Shown: one piece after another, positions 1 to 10,151 of the stretch
Layout: each line of letters begins with the position of its first letter
Position numbering within the stretch: position 1 is the stretch's first letter
Virus record (IMG/VR): IMGVR_UViG_3300042975_000098
Source of the DNA: a virus
Length of the DNA stretch: 64,000 nt
Strand: one strand, 5' to 3'
The notes under the pieces: model-generated
Databases searched by the model: none
The model's input: only the letters and a program-made list of their open reading frames with translations
Told to the model about the DNA's origin: nothing
Made by a program: the position numbers and the translations under genes

Positions 1-3
1 TCC

Positions 4-2184
4 ATGTACGAGAACGGCGTGCTCCCGTCGCGCCACCCCAGCAAGTCGATCACCGTCGTCGGCGCCGTGCTCGGCGCGTACCACCCGCACGGCGATGCCT
101 CCGTGTACGACGCGATGGCGACGCTGGCGCAGGATTTCACCACGCGCGTCCCGCTCATCGACGGCAAGGGCAACTGGGGCTATCATCCCGGTGACGAGCC
201 GGCTGCGAGCAGGTACACGGAATGCCGGCTCGCGCCGCCCGCGCTGGAGGCGCTGCGCGACATCAAGGACGGCGCCGCGGAGATGGGCAAGAACTTCGAT
301 GGCAAGCACGACGAGCCGAAGTTCCTCCCCGTCAGGTTCCCGAACCTCATCATCAACGGTACGAACGGCATCGCCGTAGGCTACGCCAGCCACATGCCGT
401 CGCACAACCCCGTCGAGGCGATACGCGCATGCCAGTACGTGCTGAACCACGAGGACGCCACCATCGATGACGTCCTACGCATCATGCCCGGCCCCGACTG
501 GTGCACCGGCGGCACCATCATCGGCACCGATGGCATTCGCGACTACTACCGCACCGGGCGCGGTTCCGTGATCGTGAGGGCCAAGTACAAGATCGAGTAC
601 GCGACGGCTGGACGGGCCACCATCGTGTTCTACCAGCTTCCACCGAACGTCAGCGTGGCATCCGTCGTAGAGAAGGTCCGCGGGCTGGTTAAGAACAGCA
701 AGACCGGCATCTGGAACAAGATATCCAGCATCGACAACTACACGGGGCGCGATCAGGGCGGCGACGTGAAACTCGTCCTACGCACGAAGACCGGGGCCAA
801 CGTCCGGGCCGTCATCGCCGCCCTCTTCTCGAAGACGCCGCTGCAGACCACGTTCTCGGTGAACAACACCACGCTGGTGGACAACAAGCCGACCGTGCTG
901 AACGAGCTTGAACTCATCAAGGACTTCCTCCAGTTCCGCCGCGGCTGCGTGCTGCGTAAGGCCGGGCACGCCATGACCATCAAGGTCGCCCGCGTCCACG
1001 CCATCGACGGTCTGCTGTCCGTCATCGTCGACATCGACGCCGCGATCAGCATCATCAGGCACTCGGAGTCCGTGGAGACGGCGCGTACGAAGCTCATGAA
1101 GCGTTTCTCCATCGACGCCAACCAGGCCGATTACGTGCTGTCCATGCAGCTCAGGCGACTCACCAAGCAGGACAGTCTCGCGCTGCGCAACGAGCGCAAG
1201 GGCATCGAATCCGACATCCGCGACCTCAACAAGGTCATCAAGAGCCGGCCCGCGCTGGACAAGTACATCGATGACGAACTGGACGGCGAGGCCGAGATAC
1301 TCAAGGATCCGCGGCATACCGAGATACTCGACAAGGATGCCGCGCAGGCCATGAAGGATGACCGCAAGGCCATCAGGGCCGTCGATCACAACGACCGCAA
1401 GTACGTGTACGAGACCGCCGACGGCCGCATCCTGCTGACGGCGAACGCGCCCGCCGTGAAACCGGAGCCGGGTTCACGCATCACTCCGCACCACGACGTG
1501 ATCCGCACCGAGGATAACGGCGTCATGGTCATGCTCATGGCGAACGGCGACGGCGAGCCCACGCCGGCGTCGTATCTCCGCGAGGACACGGCCATGAAGT
1601 ACTCCGACGTCCACCGCACCGGGACCGGCGTGGCCCTGCTGCCGTTGAAGACCGACATGATCGTCGCCACGCGCGGCGGCAAGATCAGAAGGTACGGCAT
1701 CGAACTGTCGCCTAACGCCGCCGGCCGCCAACTGGTGAACGTCAAGGATGATGACGTCATCGCCGCCGTGGACGTGAGCGGGGTCGCCGCCAAGTCCACC
1801 GTCGTGCTCGTCACGGCGCGCGGCCGCGTGCTGCGGTTCCCGCTCGACTCGCTCAGGGCGGCGGGCGCCGGCTCCGCCCCCATCGTCGGCATGAAGCTGG
1901 CGAAGGGCGACGAGGTGGCGTCGCTGCTGGTCGCCCGTCCCGGCGCCGGGGTCCTGCTGTCGGCCTCCGAGAGGACGCTGAAGGCGACGCCGCTGTCCGA
2001 CATCCCCACGCAGTCCCGCGCTGGCGCCGGCGTGATCTGCCACACGGTGGCGGCCGCCGACCGCATCATCGACGCGGTGATCGACGGAGTGGCCACGAAG
2101 GGCGGCAAGGTCATCGTGCCGCCGCCGGCCACCGTCCGCGGTCGACGGCCCATGCCGGCCATGGGCGTGAAACTCAGCATCTGA
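4..2184 (+). CDS. gyrA: Type IIA topoisomerase subunit A (GyrA/ParC family), probably 5'-truncated by the window
   Basis: HPHGD-A-SVYD QRDR-like segment, catalytic ASRYTE, FPNLIINGTNGIAVG motif, C-terminal pinwheel-like repeats; gyrase versus topo IV not resolved. Confidence 0.9.
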   Translation: MYENGVLPSRHPSKSITVVGAVLGAYHPHGDASVYDAMATLAQDFTTRVPLIDGKGNWGYHPGDEPAASRYTECRLAPPALEALRDIKDGAAEMGKNFDGKHDEPKFLPVRFPNLIINGTNGIAVGYASHMPSHNPVEAIRACQYVLNHEDATIDDVLRIMPGPDWCTGGTIIGTDGIRDYYRTGRGSVIVRAKYKIEYATAGRATIVFYQLPPNVSVASVVEKVRGLVKNSKTGIWNKISSIDNYTGRDQGGDVKLVLRTKTGANVRAVIAALFSKTPLQTTFSVNNTTLVDNKPTVLNELELIKDFLQFRRGCVLRKAGHAMTIKVARVHAIDGLLSVIVDIDAAISIIRHSESVETARTKLMKRFSIDANQADYVLSMQLRRLTKQDSLALRNERKGIESDIRDLNKVIKSRPALDKYIDDELDGEAEILKDPRHTEILDKDAAQAMKDDRKAIRAVDHNDRKYVYETADGRILLTANAPAVKPEPGSRITPHHDVIRTEDNGVMVMLMANGDGEPTPASYLREDTAMKYSDVHRTGTGVALLPLKTDMIVATRGGKIRRYGIELSPNAAGRQLVNVKDDDVIAAVDVSGVAAKSTVVLVTARGRVLRFPLDSLRAAGAGSAPIVGMKLAKGDEVASLLVARPGAGVLLSASERTLKATPLSDIPTQSRAGAGVICHTVAAADRIIDAVIDGVATKGGKVIVPPPATVRGRRPMPAMGVKLSI

Positions 2185-2199
2185 CGATATTGCCCGCGC

Positions 2200-3051
2200 A
2201 TGAACGATATGCGCGACACGCTTGAATCCGAGTCCGGTTTCTCCGGCGTCACGCACGCGCTGTCGGCGGTCGCCATCATCCTCGCGGCCTTCACGTGGAG
2301 GCCGGCGTGGTATGACGTGCTGTTCCACACGAGGAGCCTGTGGGTGCTCGCGCTGATGCTGCTCGTCGCCACGGGCGGCGCGCTGATGCCGGACCTCGAC
2401 AACACCAGGTCGAGCGCCAAGTCGGCGCTCGGTTTCATCGGCGACGGGCTGTCCGCGTTCATGCGCATGACCGCGCCCATGATTCAAAGCGTGTTCCATA
2501 CGAAGTACGATAAGGATTACGGGAACGCCCACCGCGGCTTCTACCATTACGGCATCACCGCCGTCGGCGCCGGCGCCCTGTTCTACTGGCTGTGCTCCAT
2601 GAGGCGGGTGGGCGTGGTCGCCGGGTTCGCGGTCAGCGGCGCCACGGTGGCCATCGCGCTGGCGTTCGTCGCCGTTCACATCGCGCTGAGCGTGCTCATC
2701 AAGCCGATCCTGGGGAAGATGCGCAGCGGGGCCGGGGCGCTCGGCGACGTCATCCCGCTGCTGGTGAGCGTCGGCGTCGTCGGCGTCATATGGCATTCAC
2801 TGCCAGCGGACGCGAACTACGCGCTCGTCGGGCTGGCGTTCGGCGTCGGATGGTTCATCCATGAACTCGGCGACTGCTTCACCACGGATGGCGACCCTAT
2901 TCTCGCGCCGTTGAGGATACGGGGCAAGATGATGTACGACGTGAGGTTCCTCCCCATCGCGTCCGGTGGCGCCGTGGAGAAGATGGTCATCGCCCCCCTG
3001 CTCATCGTCGTCATCATCTGGGCGCTCTTCACGCTCGTCGGAGTGCTGTGA
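2200..3051 (+). CDS. Inner-membrane metal-dependent hydrolase (YdjM-like)
   Basis: TH..SA, PDLD, HRGFYH and HELGD motifs; several transmembrane stretches. Confidence 0.75.
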   Translation: MNDMRDTLESESGFSGVTHALSAVAIILAAFTWRPAWYDVLFHTRSLWVLALMLLVATGGALMPDLDNTRSSAKSALGFIGDGLSAFMRMTAPMIQSVFHTKYDKDYGNAHRGFYHYGITAVGAGALFYWLCSMRRVGVVAGFAVSGATVAIALAFVAVHIALSVLIKPILGKMRSGAGALGDVIPLLVSVGVVGVIWHSLPADANYALVGLAFGVGWFIHELGDCFTTDGDPILAPLRIRGKMMYDVRFLPIASGGAVEKMVIAPLLIVVIIWALFTLVGVL

Positions 3052-3121
3052 CCCCCCGTGGAATACCATCCGCCGAATCCTGTTAGATTAAGGGCATCAC
3101 GAATCATAAGGAGAGCCGGCC

Positions 3122-3793
3122 ATGAGAAGAATGGGCATCATGAAGAACGCTGACGGAACATTCTCCACGAGCATATGCCGCGCCAAGCTCGGCAATGAGG
3201 GGAAGTTCGGCTGTCCCCACTTCGCCCATAGGAACAACGCCGGCGAGGCCAAATCGCTGCTCCTGTTCCTGGAGAAGCACAAGGACGAGTTCAAGGACGT
3301 CGACATGACCGCGGACTCGCTCTCGCTCACCGACTCGTTCCGCAACTACCTGACGGACAAGATGGACGTGGACCCGGAATCGCTGGCGTCCGATGACCCG
3401 CGCGACTGGTTCCCCGACGAGAAGTCGTACGAGGAGTCGCTGGCGCGCGCGGTCGGCGGCGACGGCATGCCGAGCATGCGCGTCTGCGAATCGCTCCACC
3501 GCGACATCGCCACGCTCGCGGGCGCCGGCGTGAGCACGCAGGTCGTGGCCGACCGGACCATCGGCATGAAGGAGTCGTGCGAGTCCGACACCGACGTGTG
3601 GATGAGGGCGAACGGCATCGGGTCGCACCGGTACTCCGATGACGCGGTGCTCACCGTCATGGTGGATGGCCCGGATGGCGAGTCCGCCGCCGCGGCCAGC
3701 GCGCGTCGATCGTTCGAGCCTCCCAGTGACGTCAACGCCGGCATCGACCGGCGTCGCGCGCTGGCGGCGCTCGGCTACGCTTCCGTTCGCTGA
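3122..3793 (+). CDS. Hypothetical protein with N-terminal Cys/His leader motif
   Basis: RBS-like AAGGAG upstream; DGTFSTSICRAK..N.G..GCPH motif resembles the N-terminus of 25806-26495. Confidence 0.75.
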   Translation: MRRMGIMKNADGTFSTSICRAKLGNEGKFGCPHFAHRNNAGEAKSLLLFLEKHKDEFKDVDMTADSLSLTDSFRNYLTDKMDVDPESLASDDPRDWFPDEKSYEESLARAVGGDGMPSMRVCESLHRDIATLAGAGVSTQVVADRTIGMKESCESDTDVWMRANGIGSHRYSDDAVLTVMVDGPDGESAAAASARRSFEPPSDVNAGIDRRRALAALGYASVR

Positions 3794-3928
3794 CGGCGAA
3801 CAATACATCACCGCGATCCCCATGACCGATACGGCATCGACATGGGGATCGCTCTCGCTCGCGATCGACGCCGGTTCCGCCGGCGTCACGCCGCCGCTCT
3901 CACCGCCCATCCCGTAAACAGTGTGATA

Positions 3929-4876
3929 ATGGATTCTATGCTGAAAACACAGGAAAACAATGATGACAAACTCAACCGCCTCGCGATGAAGGCCTCGCGC
4001 GGCCTGTTCTTCACCGCATCCGAGGAGTTGTTCCTTGGTTCAATGCTATCACGGGCCCGCGCCGATGGCAAATCGGCAGGCGACGCCGCACGCGGTCGCA
4101 AGGCGGCGAACATGCTGGCGACCGCCAACGTCAGACTCGTCCATAAGATGGCGAAGCAGATGTATGACCGGTACCCGCGCGGCGGCCGGCTCGAGGACTT
4201 CGACGCCGAGGGCATGGTCGGCATGGCCCGGGCGATCATGACGTATGACGATCGCGGGTACAAGTTCTCCACGTACGCGACATGGTGGATACGGCATTAC
4301 ATCCAGCGGCACGCCTACGACATCGCCCGCGTGGCCCACATACCGGACTCGAAGGTGGACAAGATCATCGCGGTGAATCATGACATCGACGCCGCCCGCG
4401 AGCAGGGGATCAGGGGCACCGGGGCCATGCTCGACGCGATCCTCTCGGACAACGGTCTCGACAAGGAGGATTATATGAAGACCCGGTCCCTCAACCTCTC
4501 CCCGATCTCGCTGGAGGGCCCCGCGTTCAAGGCCGATGCCACGACGGCGCTCGCCGACGTGCTCGACGTGTCGGAGTCCACGATCAGCACGCTCGGCACT
4601 GGCGGGTTAAGTCCGGAGGCCGACGCGGAGCGCGTGGAGACCATCAGGGCGGTGAGCACGGCGCTGTCAAGGCTCACCACGCAGGAGAAGGAGGCGATCT
4701 GCCTCATGTACGCGGAGGCTGACGACCGCGGGCGCAGGCCCACGCAGACGTACGCGCGGCGCGAGATGGGGCTGAGCAAGTCCGAGTTCCAACAAGTGTT
4801 CGCGTCGGCATGCGGGAAGATGAAGGCTACGCTCACCGAACTCGGCGAGACGCGTGGCGACGGGGCCGTACGATGA
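3929..4876 (+). CDS. Sigma70-family RNA polymerase sigma factor
   Basis: ANVRLV, GMVGMARAIMTYD..GYKFSTYATWWIR (region 2), region 4-like LSRLTTQEKEAI; start moved to ATG 3929. Confidence 0.9.
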   Translation: MDSMLKTQENNDDKLNRLAMKASRGLFFTASEELFLGSMLSRARADGKSAGDAARGRKAANMLATANVRLVHKMAKQMYDRYPRGGRLEDFDAEGMVGMARAIMTYDDRGYKFSTYATWWIRHYIQRHAYDIARVAHIPDSKVDKIIAVNHDIDAAREQGIRGTGAMLDAILSDNGLDKEDYMKTRSLNLSPISLEGPAFKADATTALADVLDVSESTISTLGTGGLSPEADAERVETIRAVSTALSRLTTQEKEAICLMYAEADDRGRRPTQTYARREMGLSKSEFQQVFASACGKMKATLTELGETRGDGAVR

Positions 4877-7005
4877 CGCGGGCCGATGAGACGCGCGAGT
4901 CCGACATGAGGGCCGTCGACGCGATGGCGGACCGTCTCGAACGCGCGGCGCGTCTCTATTACCAGGATGACGCGGACTCCGACCTCACCGACGAGGAGTA
5001 CGACGCCGGGGTCGCGTACCTCCGCACCATGATCGCGCGATACCATCTCCATGACGACCGGCTGACGGCGCTGACGAAAGGTCTCGCCGCGGGCACGTCG
5101 CCGGGCGCGAACGCGAACGCAGGCGGCGTCGTCATCCACGACACGCCGATGCTGTCGCTGGAGAAGGCCGACTCCCGCGAGGACGTCATCGCCTACCTCG
5201 ACCGCCTGCGGGCCGCCGGCGCCACCGGGTTCAGGCTCCAGGCCAAGTTCGACGGCATCGCATGCTCCGCCGTGTACCATGACGGGCGGCTGGCGGACAT
5301 GTCATCGCGCGGTGACGGCCGCACCGGCGAGGACATGGCGTACCTCATCGGCAACGGGAACGTGACCATTGACGGGCTTCCCGCCCGTCTCGCCGGCCCG
5401 TTGGCGGGCGCGGACGTGGAGATACGGGGCGAACTGTTCCTGCGCCCGTCCGAGTTCGCGCGACTGAACGCGCGGCGGTCGGCCGCCGGACTGCCCGCAT
5501 TCGCCAACCCGAGGAACACGAACGCCGGCATCGTCAAACGGGCCGCGACCGGTGGTGACGGAGGCGAGCGTTCACGGCTCCAGTTCGTCATGTACCGCAT
5601 CGTCGGCGACGCGCGCGAGCGCGATCTCATCGCAACCGGTGTGGCCGAGGCGACGGCGGTCACGATGGAGGAATGGGGACGATCGGGCGCGGTCATACCC
5701 GGCGGGTCGCTTACCGTCAGGGACGGCGATGGCGCGGACGATCGGGTGATGGCCATCGTGGATGCGTTCGACCCGGTGCGCGCCCGCACCGACCTGTCGC
5801 TCGACGGCATCGTCATCAAACCGCTGAACGAGCATGACATGGATGTTGCGCTCGGGGCCACGGATCATCACCCGCGCTCGCAGATCGCCTACAAGTACCC
5901 CGGCGCCAAGGCGCAGGTGCGCATCACCGGCGTCGACTGGACCATAGGCAAATCCGGGAAGCTCACACCCAGGCTGAACTATGAGCGCACGTGGATCGGC
6001 GGGTCATGGAACGAGCACGCGACGCTCCACAACACGGCGATACTCGCCGGCCTTGGACTCAAGGTCGGCTCCGTGGTCGAGATCGAGAAGCGTCATGACG
6101 TGATACCGGAGGTGGTCACCGCAGTCGGCGCGCTGTACACGCCGGATGATGGCGTGGTCATCGCCGCGCCCGCGCGCTGCCCCGCGTGCGGGACCGCCAT
6201 CGACGTCGGCGATCGCGTGTCCTACTGTCCGAACGCGGCGTGCCCGGGTCGCGGCGCGAACATGGCGAGGGCCGCTGTCGGCCGGACGCTGCTGGACATC
6301 GACGGCATGGGCGAATCGCTCGTCGACGCCCTGTACGAGCGTGGCGTCGTGGTGACGATAGCCGACCTGTACGATCTGGACGAGACGTCGCTCGCGGGAA
6401 CCGTCATCGGTTCGACGTCGACGGGCGGCGAGCGGACGGTCGGCGGCAAGCGCGCGCGGCACATCATGGAATCGCTGGCCGCAAGCAGGAACGTCCCATA
6501 CCCGCGCGTGCTCGCGTCGCTGGCGATACCGGGCCTTGGAAGGAGACTTGCGGCACGGCTCATCACGAGGTACCCGGACATCGACGCGCTCCATGGCGCC
6601 GATGTGGATGATCTCGCCGGCATCGATGGCGTCGGCCCGGTCCGCGCGCGCGTCATCGTCGACGGCATCGCCGACCGTTGGCCCGTCATCGAGCGTCTGC
6701 GCGCCGCCGGTCTGCGGTTCCACGCGGATACGGCGGCCGCGGCGGCGACCGCCGACCCCGCGGCCGGGTTCATCAGCGGTCACCGGTTCTCCATATCCGG
6801 CGCCGTGCCGACCGGGTGGGAGAACCGCGCGGACTGGCAGGCGTTCATCGAGTCCATGGGCGGCATCGCCCAGTCGTCGCCGACCAGGGATACCGATTAC
6901 ATGGTCGGCGACGCCAACGGCTCGTCATCGAAGATCCGCAAGGCGCTGGCGTACGGAGTCCGCATCATCACGCCCGATGAGTTCACAAGAGCGGCCGGCC
7001 GCTGA
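4873..7005 (+). CDS. ligA: NAD-dependent DNA ligase
   Basis: MLSLEK, KFDG adenylation motif, EIRGE, DGIVIK, Cys4 zinc finger, HhH repeats, C-terminal BRCT; ATGA overlap with the sigma gene. Confidence 0.95.
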   Translation: MTRADETRESDMRAVDAMADRLERAARLYYQDDADSDLTDEEYDAGVAYLRTMIARYHLHDDRLTALTKGLAAGTSPGANANAGGVVIHDTPMLSLEKADSREDVIAYLDRLRAAGATGFRLQAKFDGIACSAVYHDGRLADMSSRGDGRTGEDMAYLIGNGNVTIDGLPARLAGPLAGADVEIRGELFLRPSEFARLNARRSAAGLPAFANPRNTNAGIVKRAATGGDGGERSRLQFVMYRIVGDARERDLIATGVAEATAVTMEEWGRSGAVIPGGSLTVRDGDGADDRVMAIVDAFDPVRARTDLSLDGIVIKPLNEHDMDVALGATDHHPRSQIAYKYPGAKAQVRITGVDWTIGKSGKLTPRLNYERTWIGGSWNEHATLHNTAILAGLGLKVGSVVEIEKRHDVIPEVVTAVGALYTPDDGVVIAAPARCPACGTAIDVGDRVSYCPNAACPGRGANMARAAVGRTLLDIDGMGESLVDALYERGVVVTIADLYDLDETSLAGTVIGSTSTGGERTVGGKRARHIMESLAASRNVPYPRVLASLAIPGLGRRLAARLITRYPDIDALHGADVDDLAGIDGVGPVRARVIVDGIADRWPVIERLRAAGLRFHADTAAAAATADPAAGFISGHRFSISGAVPTGWENRADWQAFIESMGGIAQSSPTRDTDYMVGDANGSSSKIRKALAYGVRIITPDEFTRAAGR

Positions 7006-7143
7006 CGCTCTACGTCGATTACGCTCATACGGCAAGTGTTTGCTTGCCGTATGAGCGTATTTTCTCGACGGCGTGCGAAAAACGGCGTTTTCGATGCCAC
7101 GGTCACAAAACCGTGTCATCGCGTTCTACGTGGCTTACAGCGC
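7006..7143 (+). repeat. Dispersed ~138-bp hairpin-containing intergenic repeat, copy A
   Basis: Near-identical to 38825-38962; perfect 15-bp inverted repeat CGCTCATACGGCAAG/CTTGCCGTATGAGCG and CACGGT/ACCGTG hairpin. Confidence 0.9.
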
Positions 7144-7454
7144 GCGGCGGCGCTCGCCGGTCTGCCCGGTAATCGGCATCAACCAATCACGACCCCAACG
7201 TGACCATCAACAGCCCCGCCGACTCCGTGGGAATCATGCTCGCGCCCGACGCCACTACGATCACGCGTACGCGAACGGCATGCGAGTGGATGCCCACTTC
7301 CCACTAGGTTCCCCACTACGATCACGTGTACGGTAACGGCGCCGGCACGACCATCGTCACCAGCGGTGACGGGTTCCGGCTCGTGTGGACGAAATCATGA
7401 CGCCCGCCAAGCCGCTGACGGTCGCGGTCGCCGCGCGGACGGTATCATGAACGT

Positions 7455-8573
7455 ATGAGCGATTACATCGAACTATACAAGAAGTACCGGCCACGCACAT
7501 GGGCCGACGTCATCGGACAGGACACCATCGTCAACGACCTGCGGGCATCGGTGGCGAACGGCCGCACCGCGAACGTGTACCTGTTCTCCGGCCAGCGCGG
7601 CTGCGGCAAGACCAGCACCGCGTTCATCCTCGCGAAGGCCGTGAACTGTCCGAACGCGGTCGACGGCACGCCCTGTAATACGTGCGACGTGTGCCGCGCC
7701 ATCGACGCCGACCGCGCGTTCGGGTTCCACTACATATCCATGGCCAACGACGGTTCCGTGGACTCCGTGCGCTCCATCGTCGACAAGTCGCGCCAACGGG
7801 CGGCCGACATGAAACGGCCCGTGTGGGTCCTCGACGAGGTGCACAACCTCAGCAAGGCCGCGTTCGACGCGCTGCTCATACCGCTGGAGAAGAAGGACAT
7901 CAACTCCATGTTCATTCTCTGCACCACGGAGATCAACAAGATCCCCAAGACGATACTCAGCCGCGTCCAGCACCGATCGTTCCACCTCGTGGGCATCCGC
8001 GACCTCGGCGAACTCTGCGTCCGCGTGTGCAAGGACGAGGGCATAAGCATCTCCAAGGAGCCGGTGGCCGACCCGCTGGCATCATCCGCAGTGTCCATCC
8101 AGCAGATCAAGGCGGCCATCCGCGCCGCCGGGTACAACCTGTCCGGCGGCAGCGTCCGCGACACGCTGTCGAGCCTCGAACGGCTCCTGTCCACGGGCGA
8201 GACGCCGGGGCTTCACTCGGCGGACCTCACCAAGGCCATCTACGCGGACATGGACATCGCTGCCGCGTTCGCCGCCATCACCGCGGACGGTCGCGATGGC
8301 GGCGACGCCGGGCTGCTGGCGAACGCCATCATGGCCGACACGAGGTCGCTGCTGCTGCTCGCCAACGGGGACAAGGACGCCGCATCGGCCCTCATGTTGC
8401 CGGACCCGGCCGCGATCGCCCGCGGCATCGGCAACGACGCGCTCGCACGGTGCTTCCTCACGGCCGGCGAGATCATCCGCGATCTCACGTTCGCCGACGA
8501 TACGCAGACGGTCCTCCAACTGGGCGTCGTGAAGATCATCATGTTCCTCCGGTATCACGCCGCGAAGAAGTAG
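7455..8573 (+). CDS. dnaX: DNA polymerase III subunit gamma/tau-like clamp loader
   Basis: LYKKYRP.TWADVIGQ, Walker A GQRGCGKT, C4 zinc motif, DEVH, TILSRVQ. Confidence 0.92.
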   Translation: MSDYIELYKKYRPRTWADVIGQDTIVNDLRASVANGRTANVYLFSGQRGCGKTSTAFILAKAVNCPNAVDGTPCNTCDVCRAIDADRAFGFHYISMANDGSVDSVRSIVDKSRQRAADMKRPVWVLDEVHNLSKAAFDALLIPLEKKDINSMFILCTTEINKIPKTILSRVQHRSFHLVGIRDLGELCVRVCKDEGISISKEPVADPLASSAVSIQQIKAAIRAAGYNLSGGSVRDTLSSLERLLSTGETPGLHSADLTKAIYADMDIAAAFAAITADGRDGGDAGLLANAIMADTRSLLLLANGDKDAASALMLPDPAAIARGIGNDALARCFLTAGEIIRDLTFADDTQTVLQLGVVKIIMFLRYHAAKK

Positions 8574-8760
8574 TCGGCTGGCGTCGGCGGCGGCATATCG
8601 GATAGCCGGTGATATTGGTTGATCCGTCGTCGTTGCCGACTGGTATAATGGTCGGGTGAAGGCGCTGGCGGCCGTGTGCGATTCACGGCTTGACGGTGAT
8701 TTGGATGAACCGTGATATTGTGGTACTGTAGTTAACAAGCGGTTCGGGAAGGAGCAGGGC

Positions 8761-8916
8761 ATGGAGTCATCGACTATCATGTTGACGACCGTCGGCATCA
8801 TGCCGTCGCCGTTGTCCTGCCGCGCCCAAGCCGGTTCCAAACTGGATGGCGTGTTCGTGCTCGCAGGTAACGGGTATAGGCATGCGAACCCGTGGGATCA
8901 GGGGCATATCGTGTAA
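8761..8916 (+). CDS. Possible 51-aa small or leader peptide upstream of the tRNA array
   Basis: AAGGAG RBS before ATG; followed by hairpin AAGCCCCGG/CCGGGGCTT; no homology evidence. Confidence 0.3.
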   Translation: MESSTIMLTTVGIMPSPLSCRAQAGSKLDGVFVLAGNGYRHANPWDQGHIV

Positions 8917-9031
8917 GCAGCATTCGTTCGTTGCGATCACGCAAGCCCCGGCCCCGTAAGGAATCCGGGGCTTGTTTAGTATATAATCGAATACGCATGA
9001 TTGGTGGCGGCTCCACGTCGCTGCCGATCGC

Positions 9032-9074
9032 CGACACGCCGGCGGTTGACATGATCCCATGATCGTGGTACGAT
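9032..9074 (+). promoter_or_regulatory. Sigma70-type promoter with upstream CGACACGCCGGCG motif
   Basis: TTGACA-17-TACGAT ahead of the first tRNA. Confidence 0.75.
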
Positions 9075-9105
9075 GGCTCATCGGTGACATACATAACTGA
9101 AGAAA

Positions 9106-9179
9106 CAGCGATTAGGAAAGCTTGGTAATCCGCCTGCCCTGGGAGCAGGAGACCGTGGGTTCGAATCCCGCATCGCTGA
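9106..9179 (+). tRNA. tRNA-Pro(TGG), C33
   Basis: CAGCGAT/ATCGCTG acceptor, CCTGC-ccTGGga-GCAGG, GGTTCGAATCC. Confidence 0.9.
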
Positions 9180-9200
9180 CGCGGCCCGTCATGTGGTCCG

Positions 9201-9242
9201 CGACACGCCGGCGGTTGACAACGCTGGCCGTCGCGGTATGAT
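9201..9242 (+). promoter_or_regulatory. Sigma70-type promoter with CGACACGCCGGCG motif
   Basis: TTGACA-16-TATGAT. Confidence 0.7.
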
Positions 9243-9668
9243 GGGGACATAACTTAACGACGAGGACCGGTTCGCACCGGTGGCGGAGAGCGCGCGACGG
9301 CGACGGTACCGGAATGTGAAAGAACTACCGTGTTTGGTCACGATGACCACCATGCCTCGTCAGGCGCGGTGAGCAGCGACGGAGCGCCTGAACACAGGAT
9401 CGAGCATGGGGAAGACAACGCCCTCAACGATCGCCGACGAAAGCCGACGAAGGATTACATATGTACTCCGGGCACGCGTTGATAACCCATGAACGGGACA
9501 CCAACGTCAATCGTGAAGCAATGACGGCCCGTAGCCATTAAACAAGCTTCTTCAGATGAACACATATGCAAGCATGATGCTGACGCAGGTCGTGCGCGCT
9601 GATCAAGATTCCGAGCAGTCGGATAGAAAAACATGCCGTCATGCCGGCGGACGTTAAACGCCGGTTAT

Positions 9669-9759
9669 TCCGTAGGGTTGACCTTTGTCGGTTGTCATGC
9701 GCGTGACTGTTAATCGAGCGTATCGAGAGACATCGCTGGTTCGATCCCAGCCTACGGAG
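9669..9759 (+). tRNA. Atypical 91-nt tRNA-Asn(GTT)-like gene
   Basis: TCCGTAG/CTACGGA acceptor, ctGTTaa loop, T arm; distorted D and variable regions. Confidence 0.5.
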
Positions 9760-9923
9760 CGTGAGCGGGGTGAGCACGATGGCCTGGGGGTCAGTAAAGA
9801 ATCCCCTCGCCGATTTTCTCACGACCCGGCGATGGATAAAGACAGAGCCATGGCCCCACCCGCAGTCCATCACATGTACACCTGAAGTCGGCTCATAGGA
9901 ATCATGATCGCCGACGATAGCAC

Positions 9924-9999
9924 ACGGGCATAGTTCATCGGTACAGAACATCACTCTGATACAGTGATAAGGGTAGTTCGACTCTACCTGCCCGTACCA
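9924..9999 (+). tRNA. tRNA-Ile(GAT), CCA encoded
   Basis: ACGGGCA/TGCCCGT, TCACT-ctGATac-AGTGA. Confidence 0.88.
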
Positions 10000-10077
10000 A
10001 AGCCGCCGGCGAGCATACGGTTCTCCGCGAGCGCTCGCCAGCGGCCTAGTCCTCATGATGACGTTAAAAGCATGAAC

Positions 10078-10151
10078 GCCTCTGTAGTTTAACCGGATTA
10101 AAATCACTGACTACGAATCACTAGTTCCGGGTTCGACTCCCGGCGGGGGCA
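10078..10151 (+). tRNA. tRNA-Arg(ACG)
   Basis: GCCTCTG/CGGGGGC, ctACGaa loop, T arm. Confidence 0.82.

Noticed and set aside
1474-2796. Long antisense or alternate-frame ORFs (also 33417-34730, 40564-41817, 46188-48845)
   Set aside because: Shadows of real genes in high-GC DNA; no motifs or start signals
7252-7340. Two 28-nt direct repeats 61 bp apart (CCACTACGATCACG.GTACG..AACGGC) as a CRISPR array
   Set aside because: Only two mismatched copies, no conserved hairpin, no resemblance to known repeat families
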